64,000 nucleotides of DNA from an uncultured delta proteobacterium (GTDB taxonomy: Bacteria; Myxococcota_A; Polyangia; Fen-1088). The DNA lies in contig CAVTRY010000012.1 of NCBI GenBank assembly GCA_963737265.1, positions 224,001-288,000 of the forward strand, given 5' to 3'. Position numbers and translations under genes: made by a program. Positions within the stretch are counted from its first letter, which is position 1; every line of letters starts with the position of its first letter. Shown piece by piece: positions 50,155 through 59,939 of this stretch. The notes beneath the pieces are model-generated. The model worked only from the letters and a program-made list of their open reading frames with translations, searched no databases and was not told the DNA's origin.

Positions 50155-52851
50155 AGACTAACGGATCGCCCATCGAGCACCTCGCGCGGGCTGTCGGAGC
50201 CGTGGGCTGGGCGTGGGCGATGATCCTGCTCCTGGGGACGGTGCTGACCCTGGAACGCGACCGTGGGGCGCCGTATCCGGCGGGGGAGCCGCAAGACGCG
50301 TTTGAGCACATCCACCCAATCTACCGAGAGCTTCTCGGCCACGCGGAACCCGCCTTCAGGGACGAGGCACCTGCGATAAAGATGTGGTTCGATGACGATG
50401 GGGTGCGAATTCGCGGGACTCGGTCCGATGAACGGTTCCACTGCCCCAGTATGGATGACCCTGACAGTTGCCGGCCAGGTTTTTGTCGGCAAGAGTCACC
50501 GTGGACCTGTGGCGCGGAACCTCCCTGGGAACTGGTGGCCTGGATTCCACGCACAACTACACCGTTGGTGACAACCTTCGCTTCGTGGAGCGAGTGCCAC
50601 CGCCCCGCCCTGGCCCGCCAGGGTTGGCGGGTCATTCGGCCAGGCGAGTGCGTCCTCGGCAGCACGGAGCCACTGGATGCTTCCGGAGTCATCGGGCGGT
50701 TCTTGATCGACCTGCCGGCAGAACGATTCGTCAACATTGGATTGATGCCAGAAGCTGAAGGGGATTACATACCAATGGACTGGAAGCTCACTTTCGATGG
50801 GCAGGATGTCCGAACGGTCCAAGAGGACGAGTACAAAGAAGGCCGATATCGGCCAGAACGATCGGGACGATATGAGCTTACGGTCCGTCGAACCGACGGA
50901 CCAGACGCCGGCCAGATACCCGGAAGGCCATGGCAACACTACAGCGTCCAGGTGGACATGGGGTGCGTCGATAACAGGATCGTGTCAGCCGCCTCATAGC
51001 GATTCCAACTGTTTCATGGAGGTCCGACCATGAGTAACTCACCAGGCAAGTTCCGCAATCGTGACGTGAAGGGCGACAGGCGCGCACCAGAAAGCGGAGG
51101 AGAAAGATAAAGAGAATATTCCGCTGCCAGACTCAATCGAATATCAGGTTCCGCCTGAGGTGGCCAAGACCCTGCGGGCCCCGTCCGTACACAGCGTCGA
51201 TCCTCATGGCACTTCGACGCTCGTTCAGCAAGAAGTGGCCACCCTCATCTACATGGACGTAGGCCGCTGGAGCGGCAGCGCACCGACGAAGCATGATACT
51301 CAGTCTCATTGGGGCAGGCATCGCGACTTCGGAATCGTCTGCGGTCGCCTCGCCGTACTCTGCACCTACACACAAGAACGCTCCACGGAATGGAAAGGAT
51401 GAGCCCGTGATCGACCATGCCGTCGAAGACTCAATCAAATCCTCACCCGAATTCGAGAAGGTTCGTCCCCTTCTCAACATCCTCTCCTCCAATCCCAAGC
51501 TTGGCTGGGTTCAGGTAACCAAGGCGGCGCTGGGCCGCAAGTTGAACAACGAGATCCCGAAGGAGGACAGGATCTACGTGATTCTCGGGGATCTCCATGC
51601 CCCGGTCATGACCGACGGCAGGCGCACGTACTCGGACGAGCCCCAGCAGAGGTCGCTGGCCGACGCGATGGGCGTCCAATCAATTCCTGGCGGCTACGCC
51701 AGTGCCGCTCTTGCATCGGGGGTGCTCAAGCGCGGACCCCTGCACGGATGGCGCGGGCGCTACGATCCGGGCGTTCTGGCCAGCGAGGTCTTGCCTGACG
51801 TCGCCCGCGACTTGGGCGAGAGCGCGAAGGCGATCGTCGAGGCCAATCCCATCGCGCTCTATGCTGGGGAGACCCTGGCCGTGGCGGAGGCTCCGGGGAC
51901 CGCGACGGCGCTCATTACCGTGGGCGGCGCCGCCTCGGCGGTTCTGATCGAGCTTGCCGCCAAGACCCGCCTGCGCGAATGGCCCGACACGGAGGGTGGC
52001 CATGCCGAGAACGTCCGCGATTGGTTCGCCCGATACCACGGCACCCACGACAAGAAAGGCGCCGACATCTTCGAGGACGCGGGGACCGACTTGTTGCTCT
52101 GGCTCGCGCTGCTCAAGGACTACAACCAGGCAAAAGAGGGAAACAACCTGCCGGTGCGGCTGATGCAACTCGGGGATCTCTTCGATTTCTGGATCGGGCT
52201 CAAGTGCCCTTTCAGCCTGACCCACGGGTCCAGGAGCTTCCCGTACAAGAAAGCGGCCTTGGAGTTCGTGCAGTACTGGATGGACGAAACCCTGCGCTCT
52301 CCGTCCATTAACTACCTGTGGAACTTCGACAAGCACGCGGCGACCAGGCCCGACCTCAAGACCGTGTTTCTGTACGGAAACCACGATACGTACATGGGCA
52401 GCCTTCTTCCGGCAATCGTAAAAGAGCGTTTCGAAGACGATCCCGGTCTGGTCGCGCAGCACGGCCACCAGGAAGACACCTTCAACAAAGAGGAGAACGC
52501 GGCGAGGGGTTACCTGCTCACCCAGGCTGCCTTTTCCGACGACTACATTCGCGGCATCGAAGATCCCATGTCCGCCCTGGGTCCCACGCTCTTCGGCGGA
52601 AGCTGGACGCGCCTGGATCTGGCCGAGATGGCACTTCGGACCTGCGTCTTCGATAGGGTCAACCTAGGAAAGAAGCCGGCCATGACCTTCGTCATGGGCC
52701 ACACCCACGAGCCGGTGCTGCAGGTGATCCACGTCGTCGCAGTCCACCAGGACGAGTCCCGAGCGACATCGAAGCCCCCAGGCGCGCCCACACCCATGTT
52801 GCAGGCCCCGTCCGCGGCCGAGTCCCAATCTCGAAATACGTCCACCAAGAC
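49288..52851 (+). repeat. Tandem duplication unit 2
   Basis: Counterpart of 44187-49179; both copies end at TCCACCAAGAC. Confidence 0.92.
50151..51033 (+). pseudogene. Protein B2, divergent allele of B1 with apparent frameshifts
   Basis: Ends match B1, the centre (about 50285-50640) differs, and the reading frame shifts several times. Confidence 0.7.
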
Positions 52852-52858
52852 CCGCTGA
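51030..52858 (+). pseudogene. LpxH-like metallophosphoesterase copy 2, two apparent frameshifts in the 5' part
   Basis: ATG at 51030 (MSNSPGKFR); frame changes near 51072 and 51375; catalytic part nearly identical to copy 1; no IS4. Confidence 0.8.
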
Positions 52859-53149
52859 CCTTCACGCCGAGCCTAGTCCTTTTGAATGTGCTTCTGCGAC
52901 GTCAGAGGACCCTTTGAACACGGGCGCAGTCGGCTTTCCTGAATATGGCACAAGTCCGGTCGTTCCAACTTCGCCCTGCCCATCTTGACTATGTTCCGGT
53001 CGAAGGCACGTGGGCACAGCCTGCACAGGCGGCTCGGGTGACTCTATCGCCAAGAGATCCTCGGGAGACGAGGCTCTCTGGCGCCTTAGCAGCCGCCAGC
53101 TCCGTCGGCGATGGCACGCAGTCGAGCCGGAAACGGTGTCCGAATGGCT

Positions 53150-55177
53150 CTACGGCATCGTGCCGTCGGTGCCGGAGATCTTCACCATCACCACGCCGTG
53201 CGCGGGCACGGTTGCGCTGTAGCTGTCGGTGAAGCTGCCGAGATCCTCTTGGGCCCACAGATCGCGCACGGTAGCGGCGCCGGATGCCAGCCAGATCTGG
53301 CCCCAGCTCACCTGGATGACGAGGGCCCCGGTGCCGTGATTGAACAGCAAGACGGCGCGCTGTCCAGCTCCGTTCAAAATCCTTCCGTAAATCTGTTGGT
53401 CACCACTTGAATAAACGCTGACGCCTTGCTTGCCCAGAGGATCTTGGTCGACCGCGATCACTTCCGGGGCAGTGAGGATGTCCTTGGTTGCTTGCGACAT
53501 GGAACGCAGATCGTTACCCGCGATAAGCGGCGCGGCCATGATGGACCACAAGCTGAAGTGCGTGCGGTATTCGGTGTCGCTCATTCCGCCGTTTCCCACC
53601 TCAAGTACGTCGGGATCGTTCCAGTGCCCCGGGCTGGCATATTTTGCCAGCCCAGAGTTCGTGTTAGCGTTACCCGTCATGGAGCCCCAGCTATCGTTGA
53701 TGTCGCCGGTCGTGCGCCAGAGATTGCCGAGTACCGGCTCCCAGGTCTGGAACGACCAGGCACAAATACTGAAAACGATGGCGTGCCCCGAGTTCTTCAA
53801 GGCGTCGCTCATGGTCTTGTACTGCGTCTGCTGGTCCAGATTCGCGTTGCAGTTGTCGTATTTCAGATAGTCGATTCCCCAGGCCGCATAGGTGTTTGCG
53901 TCTTGGACCTCATGGCCCTGAGATCCCGGACGCCCTTCGCAGGTCGCCGTTCCGCGATCCGAGTAGGTTCCGAGCTTCAAACCGAGACCATGGACATAGT
54001 CCGCCACAGTCTTCAGACTTTGCCCGGTAAAGGCAGTGGATGCCTGGATGGTTCCGTCCCCTGCCCGGCTGACTTGCCAGCAGTCGTCGATGTTCACGTA
54101 CTGATAGCCAACGTCTTTCATGCCGGACGACACCATGGCGTCGGCCATCCCTTTGATCATCGTCTCGTTGACGTTGCATCCAAAGTAGTTCCAACTGTCC
54201 CATCCCATGGGAGGGGTTGCGGCGAGAATGCCGCCTGTGCCACTCGCGCCGCCCGCAGCGGGCGTGCCACCCGCGCCGGGCGCGCCACCCGCCGCGCCGG
54301 GCGCGCCGCCGGTACTCGGTGCGCCGCCCGCGCTCATTGTACCGCCCGAAATCACCACGCCGCCCGCACCCGGTGCGCCTCCGGAGCCGGTCGCGCCGCC
54401 GCTAGCCGTTGCGCCGCCCGCACCCGGTGCGCCTCCGGAGCCAGTTGCGCCACCGCTACCCGTCGTTCCACCGCTGGTCGTTGAACCACCCGTGCCGATC
54501 ACACCACCGGTACTCGTTGCGCCGCCCGCGCTCATTGCACCGCCTGAAATCACCACGCCACCTGCACCCGTTGCGCCGCCTTTGGCGCTCGTCCCGCCGA
54601 CTATTGCCGTACCGCCTGACCCCGTCGCACCGCCTGCCCCGGTCGCGCCGCCCGCGCCGGTCGTTCCACCGCCACCTGGCGCCCCGCCTGCGCCCGTTAT
54701 TCCGCCCGTGGCCACTACCCCTCCAGCTCCGGATTGATTTTGGTCCTGGCCTGCGTCGGCGGTATAGGGCGCATCTGGAATTTGGGTCTGCGGAACATCG
54801 ACTGTACCGTCGCTTGAGAGTGCGTCCGGATGGGCATTGCCAATGGCATCGGGGCTGCCGTCCCCTGCGCGAGCGACATCGGTGGTCGTCGGCGCGTCGT
54901 TGCCACCGTCGCCGGAGAGAAGCGCCGCGATTACGTCCGAAGGCAGGCTGGCCCCACAACCCGTGCCCTTACAGCACACGCTGACCACTGGAGGCTGTGC
55001 AACACTTTTCGGGAACTGGACCTGCTCGCAGGTGTAGCCAGATGGACAATCAGCCTGTGTTTGGCAGCTGATGTGGCCATTCGGAATATTTGGCGAAAAG
55101 CTACAGGCGGCAAGAGCGTATGCGTAGCCCGCGAGCGCCAGCCGGCGAACCTGAAATCTGGGAATGGTCATCCTCAT
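53150..55177 (-). CDS. GH27 alpha-galactosidase lipoprotein with Gly-rich linker
   Basis: LAAC lipobox; TPPMGWDSW, NIDDCW, DYLKYDNC, WRTTGDI, WNDPD. Confidence 0.92.
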   Translation of the reverse strand: MRMTIPRFQVRRLALAGYAYALAACSFSPNIPNGHISCQTQADCPSGYTCEQVQFPKSVAQPPVVSVCCKGTGCGASLPSDVIAALLSGDGGNDAPTTTDVARAGDGSPDAIGNAHPDALSSDGTVDVPQTQIPDAPYTADAGQDQNQSGAGGVVATGGITGAGGAPGGGGTTGAGGATGAGGATGSGGTAIVGGTSAKGGATGAGGVVISGGAMSAGGATSTGGVIGTGGSTTSGGTTGSGGATGSGGAPGAGGATASGGATGSGGAPGAGGVVISGGTMSAGGAPSTGGAPGAAGGAPGAGGTPAAGGASGTGGILAATPPMGWDSWNYFGCNVNETMIKGMADAMVSSGMKDVGYQYVNIDDCWQVSRAGDGTIQASTAFTGQSLKTVADYVHGLGLKLGTYSDRGTATCEGRPGSQGHEVQDANTYAAWGIDYLKYDNCNANLDQQTQYKTMSDALKNSGHAIVFSICAWSFQTWEPVLGNLWRTTGDINDSWGSMTGNANTNSGLAKYASPGHWNDPDVLEVGNGGMSDTEYRTHFSLWSIMAAPLIAGNDLRSMSQATKDILTAPEVIAVDQDPLGKQGVSVYSSGDQQIYGRILNGAGQRAVLLFNHGTGALVIQVSWGQIWLASGAATVRDLWAQEDLGSFTDSYSATVPAHGVVMVKISGTDGTMP

Positions 55178-55189
55178 CGGAAAACGCGA

Positions 55190-55960
55190 CTAGAAAACCA
55201 TGTTCAGGCCGGCGCCCGCGCCGCCGGCCATGAATACGGGAGAGACATACGTCGATGTTACCCGAGTTTTGTGCGCGGTGGACGTCGTTCCCATCCAGTA
55301 CAGCACGCTGCCAGCGACAACCGCCGCCGCGCCCACACCATACGAAATCCATTGCATGGTCTCGTAGCGACGACCGTCCGCGAGCTTTCCGCTGACCGCG
55401 GACAGCTGGACCCCATAGCCCTTGGTCTGATTCTCGACGTCGCTTGCCGTCTGCTTCACGAGCAGCGTGAACACGGCCCCGGTAACCAAGGCCGCGCCCC
55501 CGAAAATGCCAACTCCGATTCCTGCGTAGCGCAGACCGCGTTCGGGCTCGGGCGGGATGGCTTGCGCGGAGGTGACGGGCACGAGTGCCGCGGCGGTCGA
55601 CGCGGCCCCGCCAGCCGGCTGCTCCCGTTGCTGATCGGCTTCGATTTCAGCGATGTATTTCTTCGCGTCCTTGATATCTTCATCGAGCGCGCCCTGACTC
55701 TTGCGCAAGAATTCCTTGAATCTGGACAGGGCGAGGGCAGGCTGAGCGTTCTGGTGATAGCAACGTCCCTGGTTGAAAATCCAGATCGAGTCGCCCGACG
55801 CCATATACAGCTCAGCCAGAAGTCGAACACCCTTCTGGACGTCGCCCGCCACGCAGGCTGCCTTCGCCTCGCCCACGCGTGGGTCCTGGCCAGCCTCCTC
55901 GGCCCGCGCAACACGGCCCGCAAGCAGGCAACACACAAGCAAGCCAAAGATCTTCTGCAT
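55190..55960 (-). CDS. Secreted TPR-like protein with C-terminal membrane segments
   Basis: Signal peptide; IFNQGRCY..A...F..FL TPR-like helices; hydrophobic C-terminus. Confidence 0.7.
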   Translation of the reverse strand: MQKIFGLLVCCLLAGRVARAEEAGQDPRVGEAKAACVAGDVQKGVRLLAELYMASGDSIWIFNQGRCYHQNAQPALALSRFKEFLRKSQGALDEDIKDAKKYIAEIEADQQREQPAGGAASTAAALVPVTSAQAIPPEPERGLRYAGIGVGIFGGAALVTGAVFTLLVKQTASDVENQTKGYGVQLSAVSGKLADGRRYETMQWISYGVGAAAVVAGSVLYWMGTTSTAHKTRVTSTYVSPVFMAGGAGAGLNMVF

Positions 55961-55976
55961 TCTCTTTCCTCGCCAG

Positions 55977-56016
55977 AGGCCGAAATAGTACCAGACAGGC
56001 CGAAATAGTACAAGAC
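55977..56016. repeat. 2 x 20-bp tandem repeat upstream of the TPR-like gene
   Basis: AGGCCGAAATAGTACCAGAC AGGCCGAAATAGTACAAGAC. Confidence 0.8.
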
Positions 56017-56099
56017 AACTTCTCGGATGCATACAACACCCGGAGAAGGCTGGGGTGCCGAGACCCTGCGCGTAGCTACTTGGCTGAAACCGAATGGCT

Positions 56100-57677
56100 C
56101 TACGGCATCGTGCCGTCGGTGCCGGAGATATTCACCATCACTGCGCCATGCGCGGGAACGGTTGCGCTGTAGCTGTCGGTGAAGCTGCCAAGATCCTTTT
56201 GGGCCCACAGATCGCGCACGGTGGCGGCGCCGGATGCCAGCCAGATCTGGTTCCAGGACACCTTGATGGTGGGGTTTCCGGTGCCGTGATTGAACAGTAG
56301 AACGGCGCGCTGTCCAGCCCCGTTCAAAATCCGTCCGTAGATCTGTTGGTCACCGTTCGAATAAACGCTGACGCCTTGCTTGCCTAGGGGATCTTGGTCG
56401 ACCGCAATCACTTCTGGGGCGGTCAGGATGTCCGTGGTCGCCTGCGACATGGAACGTAGATCGTTTCCGGCGATAAGCGGCGCGGCCATGATGGACCACA
56501 AGCTGAAGTGCGTGCGGTATTCGGTGTCGCTCATTCCGCCGTTTCCGACCTCAAGCATGTCGGGATCGTTCCAGTGCCCTGGGCTGGCATACTTCGCCAG
56601 CCCGGTGTTCGTGTTAGCGTTACCCGTCATGGAGCCCCAGCTGTCGTTGATGTCGCCGGTCGTGCGCCAGAGATTGCCGAGTACCGGCTCCCAGGTCTGG
56701 AACGACCAGGCGCAAATACTGAATACGATGGGGTGATTCAATTTGTTGTTCTTCAAGGCGTCGCTCATGGTCTTGTACTGCGTCTGCTGGTCCAGATTCG
56801 CGTTGCAGTTGTCGTATTTCAGATAATCGACCCCCCAGGCCGCATAGGTGTTTGCGTCTTGGACCTCGTAACCCTGCCCCCCCGGGCGCCCAGCGCAGGT
56901 GTTGGTTCCGCGATCCGAGTAGGCTCCGAGCTTCAAACCGAGCCCATGAACGTAGTCCGCCAAGGTCTTCAGACTTTGCCCAGTGAAGCCAGTGGAGGCC
57001 TGGATGGTTCCGTCCCCAGCCCGGCTGACTTGCCAGCAGTCGTCGATGTTCACGTATTGATAGCCAGCGGCCTTCATGCCTGACGACACCATGGCGTCGG
57101 CCATCCCTTTGATCATCGACTCGTTGACGTTGCATCCAAACTTGTTCCAACTGTTCCATCCCATGGGCGGGGTTGCGGCGAGGATCCCGGTGCCACTCGC
57201 GCCGCCCGCGGCGGACGTGCCACCCGTGCCGGTTTTGCCACCTGAGCCCGACGCGCCGCCCGCGCTGGATGCGCCGCCCGAAGCGGTTGTGCCGCCAGAG
57301 CCCGACGCACCACCCGAACCAGGCGCACCGCCCGAGCCAACCGCGCCGCCGAGGATTGGCGCTCCTCCGGTCGCGCTCGCGCCGCCGCTGCCGGTGGGCG
57401 CTGTCGCTCCACCACTGCTGGCGGGCAACGTGGATCCACCCATGCCGGTTCGTCCACCCGTGGCCGCAACAGCTCCCCCGGTCGCGCTCGCACCGCCACT
57501 GCTGGCGGGCGCTGCCGACCCACCCGCGCCCGTTCGTCCACCGGTGGCCGCGACGGTTCCTCCGCTGGCGACCGAGCCGCCGGTCTTGCTGCCTCCCGTG
57601 TCTGTGCTCGAACCACCGCCGCCTGAGGAACAACCGGCCAAAATCATCCCTAGAAACGTGAGCTTGTGGATTCTCAT
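56100..57677 (-). CDS. GH27 alpha-galactosidase lipoprotein with Gly-rich linker (paralog)
   Basis: LAGC lipobox; TPPMGWNSWN; catalytic domain near-identical to 53150-55177. Confidence 0.93.
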   Translation of the reverse strand: MRIHKLTFLGMILAGCSSGGGGSSTDTGGSKTGGSVASGGTVAATGGRTGAGGSAAPASSGGASATGGAVAATGGRTGMGGSTLPASSGGATAPTGSGGASATGGAPILGGAVGSGGAPGSGGASGSGGTTASGGASSAGGASGSGGKTGTGGTSAAGGASGTGILAATPPMGWNSWNKFGCNVNESMIKGMADAMVSSGMKAAGYQYVNIDDCWQVSRAGDGTIQASTGFTGQSLKTLADYVHGLGLKLGAYSDRGTNTCAGRPGGQGYEVQDANTYAAWGVDYLKYDNCNANLDQQTQYKTMSDALKNNKLNHPIVFSICAWSFQTWEPVLGNLWRTTGDINDSWGSMTGNANTNTGLAKYASPGHWNDPDMLEVGNGGMSDTEYRTHFSLWSIMAAPLIAGNDLRSMSQATTDILTAPEVIAVDQDPLGKQGVSVYSNGDQQIYGRILNGAGQRAVLLFNHGTGNPTIKVSWNQIWLASGAATVRDLWAQKDLGSFTDSYSATVPAHGAVMVNISGTDGTMP

Positions 57678-57869
57678 GATTACCCCTCGTGCTGGTGGTA
57701 GGTCCGCGTGGCGAGTCCGCACGTTGACAACCAATGTGTCGAGGCTTCCAGAAGCTTCAACCCAATGCATTTTGTTGAGATCGAGGTACGGGGCACGAGG
57801 CGTGCCAGCGGGAAGTGCGGCGGCAGTCGGCCCCGGCGACGTGCCATCAGCGACTTAGAAAGATCAAGC

Positions 57870-58193
57870 TCACGCCGTAGATGTTTTGCGGGAAGGTCGC
57901 GGTCCACGATGGGCCCGCGGCCGTGGTCGAGTATAGCAAAGTTCGGCGGCGTTGCTGATCTGTGTCCACTGCGCTTGCGAGGGCTTGGCGGGCTTTCCCA
58001 GGCCGGCTGGGTGAAGCCGATCTCCAACGACCGGACGCATGCCGGCCGCGACGATGCCGTCGTAGACCCGATCGAACTTGGCCCAGGTGTAGACCGGCGT
58101 TCCGTTTTTTTCGCTGTACACGCCAATGTCGGAGTCGAGAACGCCGTGAAAACGAACAGACTGGAAACCGGCATGGTCGTGTCCCTTTTCCAA
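57870..58193 (-). pseudogene. GH39 beta-xylosidase-like fragment
   Basis: SVRFHGVLDSDIGVY..YTWAKFDRVYD..GMRPVV(E)IGF; short and frameshifted. Confidence 0.7.
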
Positions 58194-58239
58194 GGCGGCC
58201 TGGGCCTGTCCCAGCCGGCGGCGACAGGGGTTTTCCAGA

Positions 58240-59436
58240 TCAGCGATATTGTGGGGCGGCTGCGAAAGCTTTGCCTAACGAGGTGATGACGGAAACGCCG
58301 GCCGCGTTGGCCTGGTAAAGTTCGTTGTAGGTGTTCCAGGGGTACCAGGCGTAGCGTTCGACCAGCGGATGATTCTTGAGCATCGCGATCGCGTTGCCAA
58401 AGAAGGTGAGCACGGTCTGTTCGTCCGGATTGCTCGATCCCATGCACCCGAACTCGGTAATCCAGACGGGAAGGCCCCACTGCGAAGCCCAGTTGATCGC
58501 ACCCTGGAGCTGACCTGACGTACAGGAGCCAGCATTCCAGCCATACCAGTGCATAGCAATAGAGTCGACACGCAGACCCTTCGCCTTGACCTGAGTCATG
58601 AAGCTCTCGAGCCAAGCGCGCCCGTCGTCGGAAACAGCGGGGCTGCTGACCCGGATGTTCGGATTGCTGGTTAGGGTCGGCCAAAGCGCGATGGCGGCAT
58701 CTACCGTCATGTTGGCCTGGTCGGCCTTGTTGGGTTCGTTGAAGCCGAGCACCGTCTTGTACCCGGCGTTACCAATTGCCTTGATGGCGCCTGCGACGTC
58801 GCCCCCTCCCCAGACCATCGGCACGAAGTAGGGATCGTTGCAGTCCGTGGCTTTCGGCGAGGTTCCCCAGTTGTAACACCAGGTGGAGCCCAAAGCCGCG
58901 AGCTGTGCCGCTGGGGAATTCGCCACGCCTTTATAAGGAGATTGGCCCGTGGTTCCGCCCGTACTGGTCGCGCCGCCCGTGCCGGCGCCGCCCGTGCCCG
59001 CGCCGCCCGTGCCCGTCCGTCCACCGGCGGCGACGGCAGCGTCCGCAGACGCGCCACCGGACCCAAGGTTTCCGCTGGTTTGTCCGCCCGTGGCAGCGTC
59101 GGCCGATGTCCCACCGGCCCCGATGACGCCACCAGAGCCCGTCCGTCCGCCCGTGACCGCCCCGCCAACCGCTGACGCACCACCGTTCGCGGTAGCGCCG
59201 CCGTTTTTCTGGCCGCCCACGCCACCGCTGGTTTGCGGTGATGCGCCACCGCTGCCCGTTGCGCCGCCATGCAGGGTCGAGGTGCCGCCCGAACCTCCCT
59301 GACCAATCGCGCCCCCAGTCCCAGGCGTGGCACCACCACTAGCTGGCCCGGGCGAGCCGCCTTGGGGATCGGCGCTGCAGCTGAAAAAACCGAGACCGAA
59401 TAGTGCAGTCACGAAGACCGCCGCTACTTTGTGCAT
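58240..59436 (-). CDS. GH128-like beta-1,3-glucanase lipoprotein with Gly-rich linker
   Basis: FFSC lipobox; WCYNW, FVPMVWG, LGFNEP, HWY, WITEFG, VERYAW. Confidence 0.88.
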   Translation of the reverse strand: MHKVAAVFVTALFGLGFFSCSADPQGGSPGPASGGATPGTGGAIGQGGSGGTSTLHGGATGSGGASPQTSGGVGGQKNGGATANGGASAVGGAVTGGRTGSGGVIGAGGTSADAATGGQTSGNLGSGGASADAAVAAGGRTGTGGAGTGGAGTGGATSTGGTTGQSPYKGVANSPAAQLAALGSTWCYNWGTSPKATDCNDPYFVPMVWGGGDVAGAIKAIGNAGYKTVLGFNEPNKADQANMTVDAAIALWPTLTSNPNIRVSSPAVSDDGRAWLESFMTQVKAKGLRVDSIAMHWYGWNAGSCTSGQLQGAINWASQWGLPVWITEFGCMGSSNPDEQTVLTFFGNAIAMLKNHPLVERYAWYPWNTYNELYQANAAGVSVITSLGKAFAAAPQYR

Positions 59437-59564
59437 ACCAATCCCTCCGTTGGCACGCACTTACTCTACAGGAAAAGCGGGTCTTGGGAACGCGCAAATG
59501 GGCTTGCACGCGGGCGCCGCCGCGATCTTGGTTGCCGGCTACTCTGGCCTTGTCCGTCGCGACT

Positions 59565-59939
59565 TCACGCGACCTTGGCAGAGACGCGGTCCCGATCTCC
59601 GATTGCGCCGTACTGGCTCTCATCGACCCGTATGCAAATCGCCTCAGCGACTGGATAGACGAAGATATTGCCGTTGCCTACTTCCCCGGGGCGAGCGGTC
59701 GACACGATGGCGTCCACGGCTGGCTTCACCAGTTCCTCGTCGAGAACAATCTGGACGCGCACCATGGGTACGGAGTCGATCACGAAGGACGAACCACGGT
59801 AGATTCTCGGCTTGCCATCGGTGAAGGCGCAATCCTTGACATCCGAAAGCGTCATAGCCCTCACTCCCACCTGCCGGACCAGTTTCTTCACCGCCTCCAC
59901 GTTTGACGGTTTGATGATGGCGTCGATGCATTTCATCAT
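59565..59939 (-). CDS. Divergent PII family protein
   Basis: I.AIIKP, YRG, TARPGEVGNGNIFVYPV..IR; AGGAG SD. Confidence 0.85.
   Translation of the reverse strand: MMKCIDAIIKPSNVEAVKKLVRQVGVRAMTLSDVKDCAFTDGKPRIYRGSSFVIDSVPMVRVQIVLDEELVKPAVDAIVSTARPGEVGNGNIFVYPVAEAICIRVDESQYGAIGDRDRVSAKVA

Noticed and set aside
50400-51400. Phase variation or DGR-type hypermutation in gene B2 and the enzyme 5' end
   Set aside because: No reverse transcriptase, no evident adenine-specific pattern and no long homopolymers; allele divergence plus sequencing error is simpler.
54240-54720. CRISPR-like or non-coding repeat array
   Set aside because: The repeats are coding Gly/Thr/Ala linkers with no constant repeat-spacer period, and no cas genes are present.
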